Assembly: GCF_052425735.1 (NCBI RefSeq)
Contig: NC_135758.1
Location: 19,096,001 to 19,160,000 of the forward strand
Length of the DNA: 64,000 nt
Direction of reading: 5' to 3'
DNA from: Oculina patagonica
Taxonomy: Eukaryota
Shown here piece after piece: positions 1 to 13,782 of this stretch. Every line of letters starts with the position of its first letter. Position 1 is the first letter of the stretch. The translations under genes were made by a program, and so were the position numbers. The notes under the pieces were generated by a model. It saw nothing but the letters and a program-made list of their open reading frames with translations. It had not been told where the DNA came from and made no database searches.

Positions 1-1579
1 CGTGAATCGCAGACGTCTTTCTTCGTGTTTCGCTCTTCGTTGCGGGACGCGAATGAGAGGCGGCTGTATTCGCAGGCTAACGGAGATTGGGCGCAAAAGG
101 GCTATCCTCATCCCTCAGCCTCGTTCCCAGGGTCTCTCTCTCTCTTCTAGCCCCCAAGAGTAAGAGAAGTCGGACCTTGGGAATGAGGGGAGAGGGCGAA
201 AAGAGAGACACCCTGGTGCCGACGTTGGGCTGTCCTGCTTCTTCTGATGTGCTTGCCCACTCAACGCAGCCGTGATAAACAAGAGAGACAACCCAAAGTC
301 TTCCTCACTGTCTTCTGGACAAAAGATAGGAGGACTTGGCCAGAGGTTGACTGAAAGGTTCACCAAGTTTGGAAATTAATTTTGAGGAAAACCACCTCAA
401 ACTAAAAGTCTGGATTCTGCCTAGTTCTTGTTTGGCTTTCGGCCGGGTCTGCAAGGTCAAGCATCAAGTGAGCGATACAAAACGAATTGGCTGCACGACA
501 CAGTTTTTTGAAGCCTAGGAGCTATGTAGGTGTGGATTCAGATGATTCTTAGTGCACAAAAAGCCTAAAAGCGCTCATAAAAATATACAGGACTTGACAA
601 TGATTTTCGTAAAAAAGGCTTTCTTTGTACCTTCTGGCTGCGTTAAGATCGCAAGGTACTACTGTAGTAAAATCACGGTACAGTCGCCATCGTTTTTCTT
701 ACGGAGGATTTAAAGCATTGCCAAACTGGATAAACTTGCCAATTTTAATGTGACCTTTTCTGGAATATGGGTAATCACTTTGCCGTGAAACCTGGGCCCT
801 GACCACTTTTGGCAATTTAATTGGCTTTAGTTAGAGTAAGGTATGATCAGAACACCACAGTACAAAAGTAGAATTTGTAAGCCATTTTTTCTTCAGCCCA
901 ATCTGTTTTAATGCAGAAGACAATGGACTGTCAATGTGCATCTCCCAGTTCTTGTTTTCTTGAAGAGGGGGGGGGGGGGGGGGGGCATGGGTGTTGTCAT
1001 GGTGAAACAGTGGCTAAGCTTAAAACTGGTTTACAGGGCACCAAAGGGAGTGGTTGATGAGAATCCCTTGCAACTTGTTTGATGACATTTAGCATGAGCC
1101 TGAATAACACTGGGTTGCTGAATGATTTTCATAATTTTTGTGCTTGAACTGTCTTGGACATGTAAAATTTTTAACACAAGTAACTACGACAACAATATCA
1201 AATTCATTAACAGCATTGGCTGTTCAACAAAAAGCAGCACAAAACACTGTTGAATAACTGCCATGGGAATGACATTCAAACACTTTAAGTATTACATGTA
1301 AAGTGCGTAAACCTTCTTTTGCATTATATAAAATTATGTGCACTGTAGTTAATAGTTTATTTTTAAGTTATACCAACTATTTTGTTATTAAAACAAGCCT
1401 TTCATCATAACTTCAATGATAGAAATTATATTCTTAGTCTGCTATGTAGAACAGGTTCTATGCCAATCGGACTTGGACACCCTTCTGTCCAGGCAGCTGA
1501 CACCAGGAATGCATCACGCTTCCTACCATTGAATAGCTACACTTCAACTTGGATTTTCCATCACAACGCAAACAAGTGA

Positions 1580-4500
1580 TCATAGGGAGGACTTCGGGGT
1601 AGGATGATCAACGACACCATCCTTTATCAGTTCTTGAATTTCTGTTTGTGTATACCCAATCTCTTGTAAAACCTCTATGGAATGTTCCCCAACTTCAGGT
1701 TGAGCCTTGGACTTACAGGACCCTGGTGTTCTAGACAGTTTTGGTGCTGGGGATGGTTCGTATGTGCCATCATTCAAAATAAATGCTTTCCTTTCTTCAT
1801 TGTGCGTGTGGCGAGGTGCCTCATCTGTTGTTAGTACTGGTGTGACACAAGCATCAAGATCTTTGAATGTTTCACTCCATTCTGACTGAGTCTTTATTGC
1901 AAATACTCTGGCGATTTCCTCTTTAGCTTTGGGCCACTGTTCTACATCAAGCTGGGATGGAAGTTTTCCTTCCAACTGAAGCCCTGAAGAAACAAGGATA
2001 GTGACATTTTGAGTGTCAAATGAGCCTAAATTTTGACCTTTTTTAACCGAAAAACAGTGTTCTGCAGAGCATTCTTTGCTTTGACAACCTGAATGGAAGT
2101 CATCTTCAGAGGTGTTGTCAGCCAATGTTGTCATTGAGGCTGATTGGTCAGTTTTGCTGTGATTTTATTGGCTGTAAAACTTGTGTAGAGTCTGCAACTT
2201 TAGTGAGTTTCGATTTGTCTATTGTTAGTCAAGTTAAGTCATTCTGTTAGCAGTCTATTATTTTGTTGGTTTTGAGTATGTGAATAGGTCATTGGTAAGG
2301 TGCCAGAAGTTGTTGACATCTTTTGATAGGCATTTGTTTCAAGTTTGTGTACCAGCTTTCTAGAGTCAGTCACTGCCGGAAAAATATAGTTAGTACTGTA
2401 GGTTTAGCATTCAGCCGACTCTCATTAAATTTTGTGGTTAGTAAGTTGATGGTGTTCAGAAATGTAATTGCTGACATCACCATTTCTAGTTGCTTGTTTG
2501 TGTTCAGTCAGTCTTGTCTCTCAGTATAGTCGTAAGGTATTTGGACAGTTGGTACACATGATAAGAGACCCACAAAACAAGACTATAGCTCACATGGGTA
2601 TACTAAAAAAACCGCCGCCTGGTTAGCTCAATTGGTAGAGTGCGGGACTGCTGTGTGGGAGGTCGTGGGTTCGAACCCCAGACCAAACCAACACTCAGGG
2701 TCTTTAAATAACTGAGGAGAATGTGCTGCCTTACATCTGCAAATGGTTAGACATTCTAGTCTTCTCAGAAAAGGACGATAAACCCTAGGTCCCGTCTCCT
2801 GTATCTTCAGTCTCAAAACAGGGGGCGTTAAATAACCCACACACTATTCGCAATGAGTAGGGCACAAAGTTCCCGGTGTTGTGGTCTGGCCTTTACGATT
2901 GTAACTGAAATATATTACAGTATGTGTAAAGCGCATTTGAACGTATGGAAAATGCGCTAAAGAATGCATTATCATTTTTATCATTATCATTATTATCGTT
3001 ATACCAGGTTTGTGCAGTTTTGGTCGTACGTAAAGTTTCAGTCGGGATGAACTTCAGATATTCCTGGGTGCAAACCATTTGCTCTATTATAGACAAAATT
3101 TATAACAAAAACAAACCTTCAATAAACTTTTGATAAAACTTGGGCTCTAAAGCACCTACAGCCATGAATCTTCCATCAGATGTTTGATATGTATCATAAA
3201 ATGGTGCACCTGAATCCAGCAAGTTCCTGCCTCGCTCAGAGTGTTGCCATACAAATCCCATGCCAAGAGTCTTGTAAATGAACGAGCCTAAGTAAGCTGT
3301 GCCATCAACCTTTAACAAAGGGAAATTGAGTCAACAAAAACAAAACAAAATTACAACTGCTATTGCTACTGTTAAGGATTGTATTTGCTTGTTTTGGTGG
3401 GACTAATATCTATGACATTGTTCTCAGTAAAGAGAACAAGCAACAAGTTTTTAACGACGTTTATTTGATTTGGGTGAAAGAAGGGTACTTGTCACAGTTT
3501 TTTTTTGTAGTGATCCAATCTCGTCCCCAGAGGCCGCGATCCTTCTCGTCTGTACCAAGGATCGGGACCTCTGGGCTATTCTGAAAGCCCGCCACAAAGG
3601 TGTCTGATTCTGATTGGCTGTTGAAAACTTGTTCGTTTCACCACAATCTCCGGTGCACATGCACAATCAAACTGGAACCAAGATTTCCTGGTTCCGGTTT
3701 TGGATTCGTCTAGAGCCATTGAGTTTCTCAACTGCTGGTCAAGGGAAACGCAGGCTCTGCGGACGAGATAGTAGTGAGATAGTAGTGATCAAGTCTCCCA
3801 TTAACTAACGTGGACAATGCTATCCTCCAGATAAATTGCTTTCCAATGAACAAGTATTGACAAAAAAATGTACTATCCATTGTTTAGTGATTTATCCGGG
3901 GGATACCATTATCCATCATTTCAACAACCAGTGCCTGTTCACAATAATCATCGACTGCAGGTCTGGAGAGATGGAGCTATCTCTTTAAAAATGCACTAAA
4001 TGAGAGTAACTTCAGTCTAATGCAATAATTGCATAATTTATTTAAAAAAATTGATTTACTGAAACCTTTCACAAAAAATTTTTAAAGTTCAATCCTTTAT
4101 ATTTTATTTTCATAGAGTAATTTACCATTGAAGAATCAACAACTTGTCCTTTTCCAGACTTGGTTCTCTCAAACAAGGCTAGCAAAATTCCAAAAGCACA
4201 AGTAAGACCTCCACCAGCAAAGTCTGCCAACAGGTTGATTGGTGGTGTTGGCTTTTGATCCTTACGTCCAAGCTTTGACAGCAAGCCACTGAGGGAAACA
4301 TAGTTGATATCATGGCCTGCTTTCTTGGCATAACAACCTGTCTGGCCATATCCTTTTGAAAAAACATCAAACAACTATTTTTTACTGGTCATGACTGTGA
4401 TTGAATTAACTTGAATTAACTTCAGTTCATTCTGAAAGTCTTTGATTTCCTTGTTTTGACCAATGTAAACAGTGTGGTTAGTCTGAAGAAAATAGTTAAC

Positions 4501-7500
4501 TGTTCAAATAGAGTCCTAAAGCCGTGACGTCACGTTACCATGGCGCTCAAGAATTCAGTTCTAAACAAACGCGCGTAGCGTGACCGATCTCATACAAAAT
4601 GTCTGCCTTGTCGATTGCATCGCTGATTTCTTTCTTCGCAGACGAACAAAAGTCCGTTAAAAAGGGAGAAAATCATTACAAATCTGGCCATGTGGAATCA
4701 TTCACATATAATCAGGGTATTTTACGAGGAGGTGTCCACGCAAGCATGAAAAACATCGTCTACAAAGTCACGGTAAGTGCGAAGATCGAGATAAGCCATT
4801 ATAAGCTTAATAGATGACAGCTGCAGATAAACAAATGTGCGTCTTGTTGTGACTTACTTAAAGGTTTCCTGAATGATATTTAAGAATACATCGTCTGATT
4901 CTTTCTTGGATATAATTCAACTGTAAAAATGTCCGTGTAAATATCGCCGATCGTACGCGTACTCTTTGTTGTGGCACTTCGTTTATATTGATGCAGACTA
5001 AACTAAGCTTATACTGGGCACATACACTGAGGACTCCAGCTTAAAAGACGTCTTTAAAATTTGACCTTTATGTTCTTATGCTTTTTCTTTTAATCCTGAT
5101 TTGCTAGATTTACTTGGACAACGAGAATGAAATCAGATCAAGCGAATGTGAATGTCCAAGGGGAAAGTTCAAGTGCAGCCATGCGGCTGCACTTTTTATT
5201 CATGGAATACACAACCTCAGCCGGAGAGATGTTGAGTGCCAGTGGAAAAAACGCAAATCCACCACACCACTCTCTTGGCAAGCCGTTGAAGAGATGTTTC
5301 CACCAGCAAAAAAGTATTCATGCCTGTCAAGGACACCTACTCAATCTGACCGGTCTGCCCTTTACAGAGACTTGCTTGAGTATGGGAGGTTTACTGGCCT
5401 TTGCTGGCTTATGAGCCCTGAACCAGCTACTGTCAGTAAGCTTCCAGTACCAACGATTGAGGATATTATCTACTCAGAGGAATTTCTTCATACACAAGGG
5501 TTTCAGCAACAAATTGACTGCTTGATTCGAAAGGCCAAGATTCCAGAGGAGTACATTCCAAGGATTAGTGAAATTACACTTGGACAAAGAAACAATCCCA
5601 CCTGGCATTTAACCAGAAGGGGCAGATTAACAGCAAGTAACTTTGGTTGTGTTTTGAAGGCCAAACGAGTCACCCCGTCTCTTGTTAAGCGTCTCCTTGG
5701 AGAGTATGATCTTTCGAAAGTAAAGGCTGTCCAATGGGGTGTGAACAATGAACAAGAAGCACTAAATGCATTCAAAAGACTGACAGGGAAAAATGTCCAG
5801 GAAACTGGCATTTGGTTGGATTCCTCAGGAATCCTTGGTGCCTCGCCTGATGGAATTGTAGATGATGAAACTGTTCTGGAAGCTAAATGCTTGTACACTG
5901 AGCGCAACCTAACAATCGAAGAGGCTGTCGCTACTTCGAAATCATTTTGTTTGGAAAAAGCACAGGATGGAAATGGATTTGCTCTGAAAAAGGACCATGT
6001 TTACTGGGACCAGGTGCAGGGTGAAATGTTCTTTACGCAGAGGAAATTTTGCTATTTTGTTGTGTGGACAACAAAGGATTTAGCAGTTGTTAAAATTAAG
6101 CGAGATGAAACCTGGGATGCAAACATCCCAATCTTGACTGAATTTCATTTAAAACACATTTTTCCAAGAATAGTGGAAGGAGAATTGTAAAAAATTATTT
6201 TGTTTTCAAGATGAAAATTTTTGCTTCAACATTCATTGACCAAATTAATTTCAGTTACATTGTAAACTACATTATTAAGTGACTGTATTCTTACTGAACC
6301 ATATTTATGTGGACACTTTATTTATTAAATTGTACTCACAGTTTAGTTAGATAATAATTAAGTGAAACTTAAGCTTGTTTTCACCCCTCTTTATTTGTTA
6401 TTACATGTACATATTTAAAAACAAACCAATAAAACAATAACATTTTTGTTTATAACTCCTTCTGACTGGCAATTGGTCCCACATTTTATAAGTATAATTA
6501 AGGTATCATCAGTCTACTACTTAAATTACTCAAAATCTGTCCCTTCACACCCCTCCTTGATGAGTGGAAATTGTAAATTTACAAGTCCAGCACATAACTG
6601 AAAAATCACATCAGCATAACATCTTAAATATGACGGGATGAAAGTTAATATCCTAAAATCCTTCAATCTTGCATTTGCTCTTTCCACGTGGATCCTTGCT
6701 CTGGCAATAGATTTTGTTGCCTTAGCCTCACTTTCCGTAAAAACACCTTTGTTCAAAAAGGGCGGTATGTTCAGAGACACTTCACGGGGCAAAATATCCT
6801 GAATAAGAAAGCCCTTGTCTGCCAGAATCATGTCCCCTGCTACAAGATGGTTCAACAAGCCTGACTGTTGAACTATGGCCTTGTCAGAAATTGAACCAGG
6901 GTAAAGTTTGCTTACAAATGCTATCACTGTATTTGGGGCAACCCCAACAATAACTTTAAAGGAGTTCTTACCCCTATAGCTTGAATAGGTAGCATTCTGT
7001 TGACTCATTAACCCCGGGGCTGCAACCTCCACATCAGTGCAGTCAATGACAATTCTACAGGAAGTAAACTGTGAAAAAGAGGATGGTGCACATAACATAT
7101 TTTTATCTCTTGAAGGAATGGTTGTCATGATGTCTTTAAACAAAATGGAATGTAAAACATGAATAAAAGTAGTAACAATATTAGCTATGGTTGACACACT
7201 GCAGCTAAATAGCTGGGCAAGGTGCAGATTGGTGTAATTCTGCCTTAGTTTCATTAAAGTGATAAAAATTTGGTCTTCAAAAGTAATGGATTCTACTTTC
7301 CAACCAGAAAAATAAACAATAGCATCTTTGAATCTCAAGGCATGAAGAACTACAATATTAAACACTTCTTTCGTTGGGAGCCCAGTTTCCATTCTAATAA
7401 CTTCTGCACTCAGTTCTGAAACAGTGTAGTGTTTTCGTTTGTAGCTTTCTTTCTCTTGCATGTTCTTAAGTTCCTCCTTGGCTTGATTTAACTCTGCCCC

Positions 7501-10084
7501 CAGTATTATTTCTTGTGTTGTGATGTTTTCTTTTTGTGTGTTATGAGACTGCTGTTCTGCTCCTGTGATTGCCTTGGCCACCATTTCTTGAAGGGTCTCC
7601 CTTTTTGCTGTTACTTTTTTCTTTTTCTTTGGTGGTCCTCCTTCAGCAGGAAAAAGCTTGTCTTGATTTCTCACGTAAATCGTTGGTCCATACGATTTAT
7701 TTCCATCCTGGAAGTGACAACTGCATACTCTGGTATGTTTGCTGGGCTCTCTGTCTTTCCTCCTGTTACAGATAACAAATAAAAAATAATAATTGCTTAA
7801 ACTGACTTACAAATATTAAAATAGTTATAAAGTTAAGCTCATAATTTACAAATTTGAACTTCAGTTAGAAATAATTTCAAATAAAAACAAACAACATTGC
7901 AATAGACACGCACCAAAATTACACGATAAGGTAAGTTATATTACGTTTAGAAAGTCTTTGTTTGAAAGAGAACGAAATAAAACACACTGTTTTATTAGTA
8001 TAAGCAAAATCAAAACAGATAATCACTCGTTATCTTTCGAATGCCGGGCAAAGGCGACAGGTTGAACACGCTGTAGTGATAAATAAGCTTATGGTGATCT
8101 CGATCGGGAAGACGACAAATTCAAAGACAAGGCGTAGAAACGGTTGTATTTTACGCAAATTTTGAGACGCTAAGATAGTTAAAAAGAAATTTCACAAACC
8201 TCAACAATCGAACCCATCGCCTGTATTCGTCTTTCTTTTTCTCCTTGCTTGGGAAACCGAAGAACTTGCACGTATGGCTCTCGGAATGATGATCGCAGTC
8301 GGGCGCGAAGCAGTGAACCATTTCGACCTTCTCGACCTTTCTAGAGTCACGTAATCTCTTACGTGATCTCAGAGGGATATCTTTAAGCTTTGCAATCGAA
8401 CCGTGGCGTTCTTTTGTGCGATCAGGGCGATTTGTTTCACGAAATACAAGCGAACAGAGGGAAGGCGTCTTTGCTTTGTTCGATAATTGGCGATTGTTTA
8501 GAACTGAATTTTTGAGCGTCATGGCAACGTGACGTCACACTTTAGGACTCTATGACTGGTAACAAAAACAACGCAAGTGTGAATTTATTTAGAGAAGTCA
8601 ATCATGGAGCAGAGATTCTCTTTATCCAGGGCCATCGCCAAACTTTTAACATAGTTGAAGCAAGATCTTGCAGGGGGGGGGGGGGGTCTAGGGGCATGCC
8701 CCCGAAAAATTTTGAAATCTAGAACCACTGAAAGGGGTTTCAACATTGTGCAGTTCCAGAAAATATCCTTACCAACCCCATAAAAGGTCATTGGAAATTC
8801 TGAGGGGGAGGGGCTGAACTAGAATTCCCAGAGGGGAGGGGTATTCAAACTAAAATCTTTCTGTGAGAGGAGTATGGACATTTTCTGGAACAAAACATTT
8901 TTCAAAAGTTATTTCTTGAGAGAAGTGAATCTTGTTCAACTGGGAATTATTTTTCCAACTTAATGTATTTTTTTTTAATTTTTGGTCGAAATCTAGAAGA
9001 GGCAAGTCCCAGGGGGGTCCTCAAAAAAGTTTTTTACGGGGAGGCTCCGCCCCAAGTTCTAACCCCTTACCCTTTTATATACCATTTTTGACAGAAATTG
9101 TACCCTTTCGTAACCTTTAACCGGCAAAGGTACCCCTCTCATATACCTGAGAGACATGGCATGGACTTAAAATAGGACCTTTTCTTGTCATTTTTATGTA
9201 GCGCTTAATAAATTAAAATAATACAGCCATAAATTGCGTCTGTTCGAAATATTTTAATTAAAGGCCCTTTTAAATAGCCAAACGACAGATTTCCATACCC
9301 TTTCATATACTTAAACTTGTGAAATCCCTACCCTTTTATATACCTGAAGCCTGAAAAAGGTACCCCTTTCGGGCGGAGCCTCCCCGTATAGGCCATTATA
9401 GGGAGTACCCCCCCCCCCCCCCCGGAGGCAAGTGCCTCGTCTTGCCTCTTGCTAGCTCTGGCCCTGCCCCTCCCCTCCACAAACACCATACTATCCCCCA
9501 CCCACTCCCAATCCAAGTTCAAGGCAAGGTTAATTTTGAGCAGATTTTTGGAAAAATTATCTTTAAGTATAAAATTATAAATCCTTACAAGCCTTATTAC
9601 TATAATTTATCACTTATATTACACTTTTGTTTCATATACTTAATTTTTAATTTGCTTAATTATAATAGGTAACACCATCTACAGATCTGTAAAGATCTGG
9701 AAAGAACTTAAGCGTAAGCTAACTTAATAAATTTTGTTCGCTTTAATAGTAAATACCTGTTAATCGAGCATAAACTAATCTTGGATTCTCTTTCATTAGT
9801 ATTTCAGGTCCTAGGCCCAATTTTTCCATCACTCCTGGTCTGAAAGGCTCAATCAAAACATCGGACTTTGAACACAGTTTTCGGACGATGGCAACTCCCT
9901 GGGGATTATGTAAGTCGACAGCGATGGACCTTTTTCCACGACCAAGTGTATCGGTAACGAACATAGTCTTCACTTTGTCTATTCGGGTAACTGCTGCTCC
10001 GAAATCTGCCAGAATCATCCCGCAAAATGGTGCGGGAGCAAGTCCAGCAAGCTCAACCACTCGAACGCCCGCCAGAGCCGCCAT
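1580..10084 (-). CDS. AMACR: Alpha-methylacyl-CoA racemase, 4 exons: complement(join(1580..1983,3117..3309,4126..4352,9757..10084)), ~383 aa
   Basis: CoA-transferase III motifs: [98 protein letters not shown] junctions keep frame. C-terminal -KSSL resembles a PTS1. Confidence 0.95.
2613..2892 (+). mobile_element. tRNA-derived SINE
   Basis: 5' tRNA-like head with A box (TAGCTCAATTGG) and B box (GGTTCGAACCC), followed by ~200 bp of non-tRNA body. Lies in an AMACR intron. Confidence 0.7.
4599..6190 (+). CDS. Transposon SWIM zinc finger + YqaJ-like (lambda-exonuclease family) protein, join(4599..4772,5108..6190), ~418 aa
   Basis: SWIM motif [12 protein letters not shown]. YqaJ motifs [41 protein letters not shown]. 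Phase-0 GT-AG intron. Confidence 0.85.
6526..8321 (-). CDS. THAP-domain DDE_Tnp_4-like transposase, complement(join(6526..7762,8200..8321)), ~452 aa
   Basis: [13 protein letters not shown]...W...RVCSCHF is reconstituted across a phase-2 intron. HTH LMKLRQN..LAQLF. Catalytic [26 protein letters not shown]. Confidence 0.88.
9010..9423. mobile_element. MITE-like dispersed repeat; same family in opposite orientation at ~59940-60362
   Basis: Subterminal inverted motif TACGGGGAGGCTCCGCCC / GGGCGGAGCCTCCCCGTA with poly-G/poly-C ends. Near-identical reverse-complement copy at ~60 kb. Confidence 0.75.
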
Positions 10085-10695
10085 CTTGAAAACGACTCCG
10101 CTGACTAGATCAGAATGCTGGCGAATGGTGATAAAAATTTTCGATTTGACTGGGGAGGGGAGGGGAGGCCGGGTACTTTCTCCCACAAGCTAACGCACGG
10201 GGCAAAGGGTGTGTTTTGTGATCGAGCTGTTTTGGTCTGATTTTGACCATTTTGTTCAAAAAAGTATTTTAGACTGGGTTGTTGACATTTCCATTTTACA
10301 GTGGAATCCCGCGATCCTCGAAACTCCTCGTTCTGCAAAAGTTGTGTTCCTTGAATCTGCTCACTCAGCCCAACACTACAACTTTATCCACGATATCTCG
10401 GACCAATTTTCCTTTTCCCTGGAAGCTCGAGAAATCGAGATTTCACTGTGCTATAGCAGAATGTACGTTTTGGTAAACTTTGTCACTGAGGACACTGTGT
10501 GATGCCTATCAAAGAACGAGCATTCATTAGGCTAGCCCCAGCAGAAACTCATAAGGGTTGAAAAATGTAACGCGCGTTCACACATGGATAGTATGATTCA
10601 CAGCGTTTGAATATTCAGTTTTGCCAAGTACCATATTTGGAAACACAAAGAGTTTGTACGCGAATCTTTTACACGCGTAATGAGAGCGGGGGGCT

Positions 10696-10756
10696 GTAGG
10701 GAGGAGGGGGATTTACCCTCCTGTCCGACAGGAGGGTAAATCCCCCTCCTCCCTAC
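10696..10756. repeat. Perfect palindrome with 30-bp arms and a 1-nt loop, followed by CTCCCTCCTCCCTA repeats
   Basis: GTAGGGAGGAGGGGGATTTACCCTCCTGTC-C-GACAGGAGGGTAAATCCCCCTCCTCCCTAC. Confidence 0.9.
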
Positions 10757-12699
10757 TTTTTGAGCTAAAATTTCTCCCTCCTCCCTATTTTTTTAGCCAA
10801 AATTTTTCCCTCCTCCCTAATTTTTTTTGGCCATTTCTCCCTCCTCCCTATTCTGTACCTCCCCCCTCTTATGACACACTTTCGGTTTTGTGGTTAAGTT
10901 AGTTACTTGAATTCCGACCTATTAAAGCGGAATTATTTATTGGAGAAACTAAAGAAATATTCATTAATTTTATCCAAAAGAGGTTCTCCAGATGAATTTA
11001 ACCAAATTTAACTTTATTTAAGCAAGCTTGTTCAAAAACAAGATAACGCCATCGAGCCTGTGTAAGGATTTTGGAATAAACTACTAGTTTCATGATTATT
11101 ATTCAAACAGTTTTGGAGACATCTTTGAACACCCCGTGAGAAAAATCTCAGTTACCTCGCCCCAGTCCACGCACTAGCACTGATGTTTTGAAAGTTCTAA
11201 AATTTGCGGAAACTTGGTTTTAGAAGACGTCGGGAGCAAGAAATAATCATGAATTCCACGAGCAGTTTGCGCGATACGGATAGTTAAAACGCAGTGAGGT
11301 ATGGGGACAGATCAGTCCTTCAAGCCGGTCTCTATTTTCTCCGTTGAATATGTGGGCGAAAATCGAGAAAAAATTGAGAAAAAAAGTTTTTTTTCTCACG
11401 TTTCGCTTGCCGATTCACGAATCCGAGGCTGTGATTTATTATAGTTCAAGTATCTAGTGATGAGCACTGTACATTACCTCATACCTCTTGCTCATGCCCC
11501 GTCGGTGTCTGTAAGAAGTGCTTTCTATGCCATGGACACCCGTGGAGTCTCAGTGCGCACGAAAGCGTTCAGGCTGCGTTCGCCCATAGGTGTTAGAATA
11601 AACTAGAGACAAAACTAGCAGATGACATCATAAAAAGAGGATTTAAAGATTAACTCATGAGAAAACTCTAAGAAAGCCCGAAGCGTAGCAAAACTATGGC
11701 TTTCCTACCCTGCAAGCAGAGGGTGCTAGTAAAAAAGGGACTCTTTACTCTCTAATGTTCTTAAGAAGACTCTTGCAGGACTGGCAGGGTAAAAATCAAA
11801 GAAAAAAGGTGTTAGATAGAAAGAAGCTGTTGTGCTGCGTCGGGGGTTGATAATCGACTGGAAGTTTTTTTATTAAAGAAGAAGACGAAAAGAAAAAAAA
11901 TACAATATTGATAATACAAAGAAAAATTTACACAATTTCACTACATATAAGTACAAGTACAAAGTTGGTTTACAACATAATGTTCTAAATACAACTGGAA
12001 GTTGATAAAATGTGTTCAAATAGTTAAATTCTTTACTAGCCGGAGAAAATGCGTCCCTTGCAAGTGTTTGCTAGGTTTGCAGAAAGCTCATTATACAGTT
12101 TGGCCTGGGGGTATAAATTGGCGACTCCTGAAAACCTTTTTTTTTTGGCTTTCACCTATAAAAAAAAAAAATTCCGCCAGAAGTTCAGCGCAAAGAAAGC
12201 TCCCCCGTCCCTTTCTCTCCCCCCAGAGAAAAGTGTTTAGAGTTGTGGAGAGGGAGGTGGAAAGGAAAGTACAAGAGCGCGCGCTTTCTTTCCCCTCTCC
12301 CCAGCCTCCAAAGTGCCAGTGTCAAGGCAGCCTTTGCGAAGGAGAGAGTTCTCGGTCATTGTTTAGTGTAATATTATTTTCAGAATATTCGCTTTTTTAG
12401 AACCTTCGTTGTATTCAAAGTAATTCAGCCGTCGTTGTTACGACACCGGTGCTTGATAGTTTCGTTGTTTACTTCTCTTTTAGTTATCCTTTTATTTTAT
12501 TTTTTATCGCGATTTGTTTCTCGTGTTGTATCATTATTTATACCATGCCATAGAAAATACAGCCAATCAGAATACAGGAAAGCCGTTGTATATTCGACGG
12601 TATTCAACCCAACCTTCCCATCGTGCGCTGCGATTGTATTCTCGACGAAATTTAGTAAGTGTATTTTCTATGGCATGGTATAAAATAGTTACACAACAC

Positions 12700-12836
12700 T
12701 TTCTCGTGGTATACTATGGAATATCCCACTTGTCACTTGTATTTTCTCGGTATACACACTCGCCTAAAGGCTCGTGTGTATACCGAGAAAATACAAGTGA
12801 CTCGTGAGATATTCCATAGTATACCACTCGAAAGCG
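12700..12836. repeat. Long imperfect hairpin within a dispersed repeat
   Basis: GTGGTATACTATGGAATATC..GTCACTTGTATTTTCTCGGTATACAC / GTGTATACCGAGAAAATACAAGTGAC..GATATTCCATAGTATACCAC. Confidence 0.75.
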
Positions 12837-13049
12837 TTGCATAACTAGTATGTACTTGTCTATTACATTTTTGTTCTCAGCAAATCGCCAGCCATGATCT
12901 GGTGAAAGTGATTGCAAAAAGTGCTGGGTGCAGATACTTTCATATCTCGAGATATTGTTTCACAAGATAATTTTTCCCGAGATATCGTATCTCGTGATGT
13001 AGTTAGACCGAGCTTGCGCCAGACAACGTCTCTGCCCTTTTTGTCCGCA

Positions 13050-13445
13050 AAGACCCTAAACACACTCCGAGTTAGAAACAGTGATTCTGTCTTACCGCGT
13101 TTTGATACTAAACGCTACGGGAAACATTGTATCAGACATCTTGGACCATTTCTATGGTCAAAACTAAGCAAAGACCTGAAAAATTCGCCGACGGTAGCTA
13201 CTTTCAGGACAAAAATTAGAAAACTGAATCTATCGGATTATGTAGAAAATAATCTGCTGTAAGCTCTGTAGCGCTTGGAAGATAATGTAAATATTAGTTT
13301 TTAGTTTTTAGTTAAGTATTTTAAATAATTTAAGGCTTATTATTATTATTGTTTTGTTGGGTATTTTAATTGGTGTCCCCAATTAGCCCACAAGGGCTAA
13401 ACACATAGACACTGAAATAAAGTTTTTACTTACTTTACTTACTTT
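13050..13445 (+). mobile_element. 5'-truncated LINE (CR1/L2-like) 3' end
   Basis: ORF 12912..13262 ends LPRFDTKRYGKHCIRHLGPFLWSKL...FRTKIRK, typical of a CR1/L2 ORF2 C-terminus. It is followed by AATAAA and a (TTAC)n tail. Confidence 0.6.
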
Positions 13446-13484
13446 CTTGTGCGAGCAGTTTTCATAAGCGCCTACCTTAAGCAT

Positions 13485-13782
13485 GGGAGGCGCGGTGGCC
13501 TCATGGTTAGCGCGGGATCGAACGGCCCGGTTTCGATCCCTGGCCGGGGTCACTGTATTGTGTTCTTTGGCAAGACACTTAACTCTAACATTGTCTCTCT
13601 CCACCAAGATGTATAACGGAGAGGAGTAATGTCGAATTTAATGCTGGGGGTAACCCTGCGATGGACTAGCATCCCATCCAGGGGGAGTAGAAATAGTCCT
13701 AGTCGCTTCATGCTTCAGAAACCCGGATATGCGCCGGTCTGATGGGTCACTAGGCTCACTAGGCGTATGCACACTTTACCTA
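13485..13782 (+). mobile_element. tRNA-headed SINE; related copies at ~38650-38912 and a reversed fragment at ~49155-49270
   Basis: GGCGCGGTGGCCTCATGGTTAG head. The core AACCCTGCGATGGACTAG(C/A)ATCCCATCCAGGGG is shared between copies. Confidence 0.7.

Larger units (their letters stand above)
4510..8551. mobile_element. ISL2EU-type (PIF/Harbinger-related) autonomous DNA transposon, ~4.04 kb, in AMACR intron 1
   Basis: ~59-bp imperfect TIRs (AGAGTCCTAAAG..GTGACGTCACGTT.CCATG.CGCTCAA.AATTCAGTTCTAAACAA) flanked by AT dinucleotides at 4508-4509 and 8552-8553. Encodes convergent YqaJ-nuclease and THAP-DDE transposase genes. Confidence 0.9.

Noticed and set aside
2613-2690. tRNA gene
   Set aside because: A/B boxes are present, but there is no convincing acceptor stem and it continues into a SINE body.
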